64,000 nt of DNA. It comes from Eledone cirrhosa (Eukaryota). Below are positions 24,771-35,731 of the stretch, piece after piece; within the stretch, counting starts at the first letter, position 1, and every line of letters starts with the position of its first letter. The notes under the pieces are model-generated. The model did no database searches. It was not told where the DNA came from and worked only from the letters and a program-made list of their open reading frames with translations. The translations under genes and the position numbers were made by a program. Location: positions 294,190,001 to 294,254,000 of the forward strand of contig OZ024740.1 of the NCBI GenBank assembly GCA_964016885.1. Direction: 5' to 3'.

Positions 24771-26074
24771 CAGGGTGCGGACGATATTTGTTCGCAAGAT
24801 TACTGTCTAGGAAAAAATAACACAGTAGTTTTATTTTTTAAGATTTATTTATCAAACTTGGGTCAGTTTGTCTTCATGACTTGTTCTTTCGATCTCACTC
24901 GATAAACCCGCCATCGGCTTTGATGACGGCCTCAAGGCGGCCTTGGAACCGGCTACAGGCCTTCGTCACTGACCCCCGACTTAGGCCCCTAAAGGCACTT
25001 GTGATCCTGGCCTTCAGATCATCTTTCGTATTGCAGCTAGATCTATTGGTGTCTCGTTCCACTGCACCCCACACAAAGAAGTCGAGGGGTTGCAGTCAGG
25101 CGAGCTGGGAGGCCAGATGTCAGGTGAAGTGTGGTCGACGAAGTTCTCTGACAGCCAGGCTTGGGTCTTTCGGCTAGTATGGCAGGGCGCTGAGTCTTGC
25201 TGCCACACATACGGCCTACCTGCAGCTACCTGGTCGATCCAGGGCTTTACTACCTCACTCAGAATGCAGATGTAGCCATCGGTGTTCAGCTTGAGGCCCT
25301 CAGGGAAGAAGTGAGATGGCATGATGTCACCTTCATTGTTGACGACACCTAAGACCAATGTTGTCACTGGAAACTTTGTCTGCATGATTCTGGGCACGTC
25401 TTTGGATGAGACAGCGAGCCACCTATTGTTCTGGGAGTTGATCTTCTGGTCTTGGCAGAAGTTTTTCTCGTTGGAGAAAAACCACAGCATGTCTGGCTCC
25501 AGTGGGTGTTTCAACTTATTGATCAGCTTCTTTGCGTGCTTCAGTCGCTTTTCTTGCATGGCCTTTGACAGAAATTGTCCTTTACTCATCTTGTATGAAA
25601 CGTAGCAAATGTCGTCATGTACCACCAGCCTAATGAGCTTTTCATCCACACCTTTCTCCCTTGCATTGGCACGCATCGACTTGCTAGGTTCATTGTTGAT
25701 GATATCCTGAACTTCAGCGACGAACTCGGGCGTTCTGAAGGCGTCAGATTGTCGATCATGTGTTTACCTCTCTGATGTTGCTTTGTAGTCGAATCCTGAA
25801 TCTTCCAATTCCTTTCTGACCTTTTCCACCATTCTCCTGCTGACTCTGAGAAAGTCTGAAATTTCCTTATTTGTCCTCCTGGCGCGGATTCCAAGAAGAA
25901 CTCCGTGTCTCTTCCACAAATTTAGAGATTCAAAATTATTCATAATCAATTATTCTGAAAATAAATAATGGAAATATAGTCACTGTTTTTATGAAGACAA
26001 GAGTGACAACGGAAGTAAAAAAAAATTACATAAAATTAGCAGTTGAAAATTGTGAACAAATATCGTCCACACCT

Positions 26075-26076
<2 letters not shown>
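24771..26076 (-). mobile_element. Full-length Tc1/mariner DNA transposon, DD37D (maT-like)
   Basis: TIRs TA|CAGGGTGCGGACGATATTTGTTCGCAA and TTGTGAACAAATATCGTCCACACCTTG|TA, inserted in (TA)n. Confidence 0.92.
24880..25943 (-). pseudogene. Frameshifted DD37D transposase
   Basis: HTH N-terminus, FFSNEKNF (first catalytic D>N), WQQDSAPCH and SPDCNP(LD) with 37 residues between the second and third D. Frameshifts near 25085 and in the 5' part. Confidence 0.88.
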
Positions 26077-26129
<53 letters not shown>

Positions 26130-26160
26130 TAAATGGAAACTATCTTTATAAAACCATATT

Positions 26161-26222
26161 TACTTTATTATATATATTTCAAGGGTACCAAATTGTTTGG
26201 TATGCTCTCATCAGATAAAATA
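26161..26222 (-). ncRNA. Minimal type I hammerhead motif (left arm)
   Basis: TATTTTAT-CTGATGA-GAGcaTACCAAA-caa-TTTGGTAccCTT-GAAA-TATATATA|ATAAAGTA. Confidence 0.7.
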
Positions 26223-26350
26223 CAAAAGTTGTTTTATAGATAGGGACATATTCAAAACCAAGAACTTATCGTTTTAAGTTCTGTTTGAATAGTACTTAAA
26301 ACAATAAGTTCTTGTTTTTGAATATGTCACTATCTATAAAACAACTTTTG

Positions 26351-26412
26351 TATTTTATCTGACGAGTGCGTACCAAACATTTTGGTATCCTTGAAATATA
26401 TATAATAAAATA
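26351..26412 (+). ncRNA. Minimal type I hammerhead motif (right arm)
   Basis: Stem I TATTTTAT/ATAAAATA; CTGACGA 26359-26365; stem II TACCAAA/TTTGGTA; GAAA 26393-26396; self-complementary ATATATAT stem III; ATA triplet ending at 26404. Confidence 0.7.
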
Positions 26413-26544
26413 AATATGGTTTTATAAAGATAGTTTCCATTTATTAATATTATTGATATTATACTCCAGAAGAAAATCTGTAGAGTGCTTCTTATCTGTT
26501 ATAAATAAATTTGTTGAATAACCAACAAATTAAATAACTCTTTG

Positions 26545-26586
<42 letters not shown>

Positions 26587-26663
26587 GTAATATTAAATAT
26601 TACTCAGTTACAAGTATGAATATAGCTCAATGTAACATATCAAATATAATATAGAGCCGAAAT

Positions 26664-27040
26664 ACAATGTAAATAATAATCAAAGAGTATTTAATATTAC
26701 AAACATTTAATAACTAACAACCGTTTCATCCTAGCCAAGGCAGAAATCTTCAGAATTATTATAAGGATTAAGTACAAATATAGGATCTAAACTTTGCTTC
26801 AGGAACTTTTGTGAGAGGTTAGATAAGAGCAAGCATTAATATTTATACAAGGTAACCAAGCAACTCAGTTACTTTGTTACCTTGAATCTTCCAAATGTTT
26901 CTGAAGCAAAGTTTAGATCCTTTATTTGTATTTAACTTTTGTAATAACTCTGAAGAAATCTACCCTGTGCTAGGATGAAACAGTTGTTATTTATTAAATG
27001 TTTTAAAGATCAAATACTCTTTTATTATTATTTACATTGT
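26664..27040. repeat. Imperfect foldback with degenerate hammerhead-like cores in both arms
   Basis: AGGATCTAAACTTTGCTTCAG / CTGAAGCAAAGTTTAGATCCT. CTGAAGA..GAAAC(A/G)GTTGTT at 26950-26988 (+) and 26716-26753 (-). Confidence 0.75.
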
Positions 27041-27469
27041 GTTTGTGTATATATATATATATATAATATTATAAAGCTGAGTGTCGTATGTATGTATTAT
27101 GTATGTATGTATGTATCCTACACACCACCCTATAGTTTCCCTCTCTCTATAATAGATCATTCCCCCTCTCTATAATTTAACTGCTTTACACTCTCTGTCG
27201 CTCTTCCCTCTCAAATATTATAAAGCTGGGCGTTGTCTCTCTCTCTCTCTCTTGCTCTCTCTCTCTTTCCCCCTCTCTATAATTTAACTGCTTTACTCTC
27301 TCTGCTGCTCTTCACTCTCTAATATTATAAAGCTGAGCGTCGTCTCCCTCTCTCTCTCTCCCTATTTCACCCTCTCTATAATTTAACTGCTTTACTCTCT
27401 GTCTCTCTTCACTCTCTATATGACAACACTCTTTTACTTTCCGTATCTACCTTCAATATACCAATATAT

Positions 27470-27730
27470 ACCCAGGTTCTGCTGTACGTCGGGCTGAGGA
27501 GGCCAAAATCCTCAAATACTGGTTGCTCTCCGACAGGTTTGCGGTCGTACCCCTGGCAGTGGAGACTTCTGGTGTCCTTGGCCCCAAGGCTATCTCCTTA
27601 CTCACCACCATAGGCGCTGAGCTGGCCAGCCGCAGGTGTGAGCCCCGCGAGTTGGAGTGGCTTTTCCAGCCATACTCCAGGGAAACGTCTTCTCCATTCT
27701 GTCTGCCGGGGCTGTGGGTGGGCCCCATCG
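27470..27730 (+). pseudogene. CRE-like non-LTR element C-terminal restriction-like endonuclease fragment
   Basis: AEEAKILKY..FAVVPLAVETSGVLGP..IGAELASRRCEPRELEWLFQ. A related 3' piece lies at 29900-29990 (-). Confidence 0.6.
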
Positions 27731-28137
27731 CGTACTGTTGTAGTTGTTGTATACAGATATTAACTCATCAATCCCATTATTTATATCATATATCAACATA
27801 GAGATGAGCGTCGTATGTATGTTTATTTTAAAAGGATAACCACCTTCAAACTCGGTCAACACACAAGCAGGTAATACATACATCAAAAGGCAACCCTCTT
27901 AGCGAGACAGAGAGTGAAAGAGACAGATTAGGAAAACTATACACACACATACATCTAAAGAGAGAAAGGAGAGAGAGAGAGACAGGGAAAGAGAAACAGA
28001 GGGACAGGCAAGCAGGTAATACATACATCTAAAATCATTTGGATACAAATATCATAATATAATGGTTGCAGAACGAAAATACAGACAAATATAATAATGT
28101 ATGTATCCCACACACTTATTCTGTCGTCGCTCGCATA

Positions 28138-28187
<50 letters not shown>

Positions 28188-28324
28188 ATACTTTCACACC
28201 TGATTTTTCCAATTGCCAGATAACATCAAAACAAAACACACAGACACACACATGCACATACACACATACACAAACACACACACACACATATCTATACTAT
28301 GTAGGTAAGATCATTCCCTCTCTC

Positions 28325-28524
28325 NNNNNNNNNNNNNNNNNNNNNNNNNNNNNNNNNNNNNNNNNNNNNNNNNNNNNNNNNNNNNNNNNNNNNNNNNNNN
28401 NNNNNNNNNNNNNNNNNNNNNNNNNNNNNNNNNNNNNNNNNNNNNNNNNNNNNNNNNNNNNNNNNNNNNNNNNNNNNNNNNNNNNNNNNNNNNNNNNNNN
28501 NNNNNNNNNNNNNNNNNNNNNNNN
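28325..28524. other. Assembly gap (200 N)
   Basis: Run of N. Confidence 1.
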
Positions 28525-28845
28525 CAGAGAGAGAGAGAAAGAGTCGGAAGGACAATGTGACATGGGAGGGTGTGTGGTATCTTTACAGTGGAATGGTGGG
28601 GGCAGGTATACCCAGCCGGGCGGGCCAGCTAGTATATATATATAACTCACTACAGTAAGTAAAAAAACACTATTAGTCAATGACTAATATTATATTTTAA
28701 TTATTTCAGTAAGTACACAGAAGACATCTCCTGACATACTCCAGTTTTCCTAGACCTGCTATTTAATTATTCCAGCAAGTATACAGAAGACATCTCCAGT
28801 CTTATTACACCTGATATTTAACTCAATCATATAAAAGTTGCTATA

Positions 28846-29160
28846 GATGTAGCATGGTCGAATGATTTAGAAGTTTCATTTCACAATCAGTAGGTCCTGA
28901 GTTCCATCTCACTGTTTGGTATATTGTGCAAGTGTCATGTACCATATCCTCGTGTCAACCCATACCTTGTGAGTAAAGCTGGGTAGATGTAAACTGTGTA
29001 GAATTCTGTTGAATTTATTGTCCTTGTAATTCAAAGAGCCAACCATATCATACAGTGTCTTGCTGAATCTCCCTGAGAATCATGTTAAAGATACATGTAT
29101 CTGTAGAATGCTCCACCACTTAGACGTTAATTTCATGATCAAACTATTGGCATACTCATT
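28846..29160 (+). mobile_element. Degenerate tRNA-derived SINE (second family)
   Basis: GTAGCATGGTCGAATGATTTAG..GAGTTCCATCTC..GCAAGTGTC head, similar to 10975. Confidence 0.5.
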
Positions 29161-30094
29161 ATTGAAACCGACGGAGATCCATTTTATTGCAGTCCAACTT
29201 ACATCCTTTAACTGAATGATTACACATAATGTTTGATACAGACAACTTTGGATTAACCATTAAATAGAATAACCACATACTTAGGGCTTTGAGTAAAGAG
29301 GAGCCCCAATATAATATAAGGGAGTTTTGTTCTATATACAGTATATCCCCCATATACTGTATATAGAACAAAACTCTCTAAAATCTTTATTTGGCTCTTG
29401 ATGCAGGGTTTAGGTAAAGATATTAAGGTGTTCAGTAGGTTTTAGTGTGACTAGGTGAAGATAAAGTATACCTTTAGATAAAGTACACCTTGAGTGGAAT
29501 ATTTAGAAGTTATCTAGTTAGTTAAGAGTACAGTTAGGTTACTAAAGCAACTTGACAAGATAAACTTTCCTCTTATCAGATAATGGTTTTTATCTGTTGA
29601 TTTAAAAAAATGTTTCCATCATCTGCATTATATTGTATTTTGTTCACACACTCACATTCTTTATGCCAAAAATGGAACATGTGAGCATGACAGGGTCTCC
29701 CGACCCATGAACAAGAACTTGAAAATAGATGTAAAATTTTAATTGAATATATCACAGATTAACAGTGACATAGCTGCATGATTTAACTCAATCCCATTAC
29801 TGCACTGGGGCCTGGTGAACACAACCACAAGGATATGGTCCTAACGTGGAAGAGCTGAACTCCCACTGTCATCGCCTCCATCTCTCTTGCCCTCCCCATC
29901 TCTCCATATGGCGAGCAAATGGGGTCCCACATGCTGGCCTCCCCACAGCCCCGGTGGACAGAATGGAGAAGGCGTTTCCCCAGGTAGGTACCATTCAGCC
30001 ATAGAAACTCTACCGCAAAATTTCCTGTTCAATCTATGTCAATATGGAAAACTGCTCAAAAAAGCATTGATGATAATGATGGTAACAATGATAT

Positions 30095-30910
30095 CATCAT
30101 CATAATCATCATTTAACATCCATTCTTTCATGCTAGCATGGGTTTGATGAGTTGTCCCATTGTGAGACAAGTCAGGTCAGGTGACCATGTCTTGCTCATA
30201 CAGAACTGTTTTTTGCTTGGTTTCTACAGCTGGACGTTCTGCCTAATACCAACCTCATTTACAGTGTACTGGGTACTTTTTATCGTGGCATATATATCTG
30301 AAGCTTGAATGCTCCGATGGATGTGTAATAATAATGAGCATGAACGATAAAGCGTCAATGAACTGGGGGTCATACAGGGGCCAGCTGGCATAGAAACAAT
30401 ATGAACACATTCTGCTGGCCCCTGTATCATGAAACATTTTTCAAGGAAATTTTATGAATTTTTTTTAGAAGTTTTTAATTATTTAGTTTTTTTAAAGTTG
30501 TGTGAAATTGTTTTAAGGATTTTTTAAATACCATCTGATGAGCTCAGACTATCAGAATTGGTATATATATATATATAATTGTACCTTATAATATGTGCAT
30601 GGATGAGTTGAGAGAGAAACTGTGTATATGAGGGATAAGTTGTAGTGTGCGGAAGAGAAGACTGCGATAGAGTGGGCATGTGATGCACATGGAGGATGAC
30701 CGTTGAGTAAAGAAGTGCCAAGAAACCCCAGTAGAAGGAAGATGCAGTAGAGGAAGACCACAAAAAACATGGGCAGAGGTGGTGAGAGCAGACCTCAGAT
30801 CACTGAAGCTCACGGAGGAGATGACGAAGGACCATGACAAGTGGAGAGATGCTGAATAAGACCCATCCCACCCTTGCAAGCAGGGAAAAGTGGACGTAAA
30901 ATGATGATGA
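30095..30910. mobile_element. Mosaic of RTE-LINE 3' remnants (30095-30290 minus; 30300-30365 and 30590-30910 plus)
   Basis: (CAT)n/(GAT)n tails; decayed ML RWMC..EERRLR*SGHVM..RGRPQKTWAEVV. Confidence 0.65.
30374..30425. mobile_element. Tiny TA-flanked inverted-repeat element (mini-MITE)
   Basis: TA|CAGGGGCCAGC ... GCTGGCCCCTG|TA. Confidence 0.55.
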
Positions 30911-31881
30911 TATATATATATATTTATATATATATATATATTCAACATATACATTCAATATACATATTCAACTCACACACCAATCAGCAAGGCTGAAATA
31001 TTTGGCAAAATATCATGAGTGTGGGATTAAAGAAATTAATTCTCTCAATCAGGACAATAACCCTATGTGGTAACAAAAATTAATTTATTCTCTTATCATT
31101 GAGTATCTTAATTATTTAATTTTCCTTAACTGCATTAAATTATCATAAATTGTATTGAATTATTCTAAACTGCATTTAATTATCATAAATTGTATTTATT
31201 TTGAATGGTATCATAGTTGAAATTTGAAATTTTAATTTGAAAAAACGAGTTAGTTTCTCATATAGAGCTTACCTGAAACTAAATTACCATATATACTCAA
31301 ATATAAGCCAATTCCCTATTTTAAATTTAAATCAAACTTCAAAGTGATAAGACTGGAATGTTTTGCCTTGATACTTCCCTGTACTCTAAGGAAATGATTT
31401 TTAAGTCCAAAAATATTAGGACAAATAAAATATAATAATAATAAATACCATTTAACAAACTTTTTCGTTACCTTCATTTTACTGCCTATTTCACTTTGTC
31501 TTAGCCTTCTTATATATATCATTTTCTACATTATACACGATACACAATGTTTCAAGCAAACTACAACATTCTATTATAAATATATTATACCTGAGTAAGG
31601 ACAAAAATCCAAACCCCATGTATAAGCTGAAGCAACTAATAAACACATTATGTTTAGATAGCACAGTTTTAAAATTCTCATGAGTGGAGAATTTATTTAT
31701 TTAATGTTTTAATATTTTGATATTTAAAATGTTTTAAGTGTCATTTAGAGTATGATTGATAGGAAGTTCTTTAAGTTACCATATCCTTCCTTAGACTGCC
31801 TTTGGTTTGTCCATACATCTTACTTCCACTCTGAGGTCACTAATCACCAGTTAACACTGATTTGTTTCAACTTCATAAATG

Positions 31882-32079
31882 TTAATCCTTTAGCATTTAA
31901 ACCGGCTGTATCCAGCCAGAATTCTCTCACCTCTTTTTATTCAAACTGGCCATAACCAGCTGCTCATATTTATGTTAAGTTATTGTTCTTAAAATAAATA
32001 TCAATATCGATATTATGTGAAATAAAGTGTTAACCATTAAAATAGTAAATGTAGAGTAATGTAAATGCTAAAGGGTTAA
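31882..32079. mobile_element. piggyBac-type MITE (family B), third copy
   Basis: TTAA|TCCTTTAGCATTTAAACCGGCTGTA ... AAATGCTAAAGGG|TTAA. Confidence 0.85.
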
Positions 32080-32159
32080 ATGAATAAACTATAATTGCAA
32101 TCATAGTTCATTGTATATATTTGCATCAACAAAAAATAACTTCTCTTTTGTCACTCATT

Positions 32160-32400
32160 TATTCCTGAAAGGGGTCATAGGGGGCAGAGTCTTCAAACAC
32201 TCCTTCCAGAAGGTCCTGTCAGAAGCAACCATCTCCAACTGATCCAGCTGGATCCCGAAGTTAGACCAGCCAAGCTCATGAATGTTATACAACCATCTTG
32301 CTTGGGGGGTCTACCCCTGGGTCTCCTGCTAGTTAGTTTTGCCCATAAAGTCTGTCCATCAATTCAGGAGGCTGAATTAAGTGCAAGAATTGCATGAGCT
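32160..32400 (-). pseudogene. Decayed RTE-like LINE C-terminal fragment
   Basis: RRPRGRP..LGWSNFGI..MVASDRTFWKECLKTLP. Confidence 0.5.
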
Positions 32401-32485
32401 GGTGCAGTAATGCGCCAGCTTCAGCATTCGGTAATCAGAAGAAGGGAGGTAGGTGTAAAAGCCAAAACATAACTTCACTACCAAA

Positions 32486-32659
32486 ATGATAAAAATCATG
32501 ATGGTGATGATGATGATAATGATGATGGTGATGATGATGATGATGATGATGATGGTCATCATGATGGTGGTGTTGGTGATGATGATGATGATAATGATGA
32601 TGATGATGAAGCTGGTGGTGGTGGTGATGATGATAATGATGATGATGGTAACGATTGTA

Positions 32660-32704
<45 letters not shown>

Positions 32705-32710
32705 GCAATA

Positions 32711-32759
<49 letters not shown>

Positions 32760-32760
32760 C
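32486..32760. repeat. (GAT)n microsatellite
   Basis: Direct reading of the sequence. Confidence 0.95.
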
Positions 32761-32964
32761 GGTATCACCTAAGTGTTTATTTGCTTAAGCCTGGTTGTTT
32801 GTGTATGTGTATAGGGAGGGGGTAGGAAATGCTGCAACTATGAAAAGTAGCAATGGAAGTTGTCAGTTATTGGAAGGGAATTGTTACAAGTTGACAAATG
32901 TCAAATCAGGTCAAATTCACAAAATATTAGAAGCAAGTCTAACTAAAGAACATTACTTTAACAA

Positions 32965-33148
32965 CGGTGGATTGGCAGTATCGGTAGAGGGTCGGACGCC
33001 ATGCTTTCCAGCATAGTTACGTCCCTTTACCATCTGAGTTCAAATCCCGCCGAGGTTGACTTTGCCTTTCATCCTTACGGGGTCGATAAAATAAAGTACC
33101 AGTAATGCACTGGATAATTGCTGGCCTTGGCCTAAAGTAGAAACAATT
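32965..33148 (+). mobile_element. SINE family A with 13 bp TSD
   Basis: TSD ATTACTTTAACAA at 32952-32964 and 33146-33158. Confidence 0.92.
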
Positions 33149-33249
33149 ACTTTAACAAATAAATACTTTGACTAGATTATAAATCAAAACTTGGTTTCAT
33201 GTTGTCACACTTAAACAGTTGATAGAAGCTTGTATCTAATTCCAACCAT

Positions 33250-33850
33250 GGTGTGTGTGCGTGTGTGTGTGTATGTGACTATGTGTGTGTGTGTCTGTGT
33301 GTGTGTGACTGTGTGTGTGTGTGTATGAATGTGTGTGTGACTGTGTGTCTGTGTGTGTGTGAGGATGTGTGTCTATGTCAGTGTCGGTGTATCTGTGTAT
33401 GTCTATGTGTGCATGTGTCTGTGTGTGTGTGTGTGCGTGTGTGTCTCTGTGTGCATGTCTGTGTGTCATGTGTAAGTAAGTATGTGCATGTGTCTGTGTG
33501 TGTGTGCAAGTGTGTGTACGTTTGTGTGTTGTATGTAAGTCTGTGTGCATGTGTGTGTATGTATATCTATGTGTGCATGTGTCTGTTTGTGTGTTGTGTG
33601 TTTTATATGTGTATGTGTGTGTGTGTGTGTGTTTGTCTATGTGTGCATATGTGTGTATGTGTGTTGTGTGTTTGTGTGTGTATCTATGTGTGCATGGGTG
33701 TATGTGTTGTGTGTGTGCCTGTGTGTATGTGTATGTTTATGTGTGCATGTGTGTCTATGTGTGTGTGTGTGTGCCTGTGTGTATGTGTATGTCTATGTGT
33801 ACATGTGTGTCTGTATGCGTATGCCTGAGTAAGTCTGTGTGTGTATGTAT
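33250..33850. repeat. Degenerate (TG)n microsatellite
   Basis: Direct reading of the sequence. Confidence 0.95.
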
Positions 33851-34077
33851 GAGTGTAAGTTTAAATATTAGCAAGCTATACCATCCCTACCTCAAAGATG
33901 TAAGCCTGGACAATATAGGAGAATACTCCATGGTATACAGAACCCCAGGTCCCAGGTGGAAATCTCTTCATGGTCCGATGTGAAATAACAGTCATCAACA
34001 ACAAACAAAATAAATATTTAAAATACATAAACTTCCTCAGAATTGACAAAGTCTGTGCAAAGCAAAACCTACAGTCA

Positions 34078-34453
34078 ATAGGCACCTCTTAACCAAATAT
34101 ACACCCCCCATTGCACTACCCCCAACTCCCCACCCCACCCCCATCAACACCACCTCTTTCTCTGTGAAGTTATGTTGGTACCACAACATCCAGTCCTAAA
34201 TAAATGAGGTCGTGTAGGTGTCACGACAAAAAAACACACAGTCCATGCTGTAATGTGGCCGCATAGGTAACACGGTAAAAACCTCCCAGTCCACACTGTA
34301 AACGTGGTTGGTGTTAGAAAGGGCATCCAGCCGTAGAAAACCTGCCAGACAGTCCTATACGAGCGAGACGACCAATCTTGTCTCAAGTGGGACAATTCCC
34401 ATCTAAACCCATGCTAGCATGGAAGATAGATGTTAAACAATGATGATGATGAT
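34078..34453 (+). mobile_element. RTE LINE 3' UTR fragment with (GAT)n tail
   Basis: Matches 36950-37319 (GTAGGTGTCACGACAAAAAAACACACAGTCC..GGGCATCCAGCCGTAGAAAACC). Confidence 0.8.
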
Positions 34454-34618
34454 GTGCTTCATTGATGAGATTAAATAAAGTTAAAACATCTTTGGCGTTA
34501 ATTAGCAGTAGTAGCATTGGTGATGTTTACTTACTCAGCACTGAGACAAGAATAAGCTATAGCTTATATAATTTTTGCGTAGCAAACATTTGCTGAATGT
34601 GCTCATTTGCATATAGTA

Positions 34619-35217
34619 CTAGCAGTGGTACCGGGCGTTGCACGGGATAAGGTATTGTGAAATATATAACCGCCTTAGCTAAGCTTATTATTGCCACAAC
34701 CACGGCTGGCAAAGAAGTAAGGGTCTGGTGGTACGTAAGTAAGCAACACTGTGGCTTAAAACATGAGGAAGAAGTTGTGTGCACTTACCAACTGTTTGGG
34801 GAATGAGTGTGAGATTTGATTTGTCTTGAGCAAGGGTGGCAGAATAACTGGAGGCAGCAGACAGTCAGACATACAGACAGATATTATAAGGGCGTGTTCT
34901 GGACGCGGAGCGAATTGTAGGAAGTGACGTAATGCAGACAGCCAGACATACAGACAGATATTATAAGGGTGCGACGTTATATGTATGTATCTATCTAAAA
35001 AGAGAAAGACTAAGAATTATAGAGAGAGATCGCTAAATCGCCTAATGCGGTCCCTAGGGCATTGAAAATTTGAAATTTTTTTGGCTCAGAACACTTCCTG
35101 AAACATAAGTTTTACATGTGTAAAGTTTGAAAACAGTCGCTTGGGTGCTTCTCTAGTTTTAGGGATTCAAACTCACACACACACACAGACAGACATCCTC
35201 AGTTTTATATATATAGA
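34619..35217 (-). mobile_element. Non-autonomous Helitron, complete
   Basis: Minus strand A|TCTATATATATAAAACTGAGGATGTCTGTCTG ... CCCGTGCAACGCCCGGTACCACTGCTAG|T: TC start, subterminal hairpin, CTAG end, A-T target. Confidence 0.85.
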
Positions 35218-35316
35218 TAAGCTTGACTGGCTAGGATTAATTATCTGTGACATTAACATAGCATGATTCATAATAGAGGTGTATATGAAGACATATATGA
35301 TATGTTTATATATAAT

Positions 35317-35532
35317 GATTTCTACTATAGGCACAAGACCAGCAATTTGGGGGGAAGGGAAAGTCAAGTAAATCAACCCCAGTGTGTTACTGGTGCTTTA
35401 TTTTATCGACCCCGTAAGGATGAAAGGCAAAGCTAACCTTGGCTGGATTTGAACTCAGAATGCAAAGGACCATAACTCTATGCTGCAAAGCATGGTGTCT
35501 GATGCTCTGCTGATACTGCCAATCCACCACCC
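35317..35532 (-). mobile_element. SINE family A, long variant
   Basis: Reverse complement of the SINE with an extra ~30 bp segment (GACTTTCCCTTCCCCCCAAATT); flanked by TTTATATATAAT. Confidence 0.88.
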
Positions 35533-35544
35533 TTTATATATAAT

Positions 35545-35731
35545 TGTTTCTACTTTTAGCACAAGGCCAGCAATTACCCAGTGTATTACTGGTACTTTAT
35601 TTTATCGACCCCGTAAGGATGAAAGGCAAAGTTGACCTCGGCGGGATTTGAACTCAGAATGGCAAGGGCCGTAACTCTATGTGTCAAAGCATGGCGTCCG
35701 ACCCTCTATCGATACTGCCAATCCACCTCCA
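35545..35731 (-). mobile_element. SINE family A, short variant
   Basis: Reverse complement of the SINE; flanked by TTTATATATAAT. Confidence 0.9.

Larger units (their letters stand above)
26121..26452. repeat. Near-perfect palindrome (~160 bp arms, ~14 bp spacer) carrying one hammerhead motif per arm
   Basis: TAATATTAATAAATGGAAACTATCTTTATAAAACC.. versus ..GGTTTTATAAAGATAGTTTCCATTTATTAATATTA. Confidence 0.92.
27060..28632 (+). mobile_element. Probable non-autonomous Helitron with reiterated 5' subterminal units, spanning the assembly gap
   Basis: ATATTATAAAGCTGAG..(GTAT)n start, reiterated at ~27215 and ~27322; GC-rich stretch then CTAG|T at 28629-28633. Confidence 0.5.

Noticed and set aside
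30535-30575. CTGATGAG hammerhead core
   Set aside because: No downstream GAAA or pairing stems.
32377-33983. Poly-Met, poly-Ser and Cys-Val ORFs
   Set aside because: Translations of (GAT)n and (TG)n microsatellites.
33870-33990. Possible host exon in apparently unique sequence
   Set aside because: No clear splice acceptor and no recognisable protein similarity.
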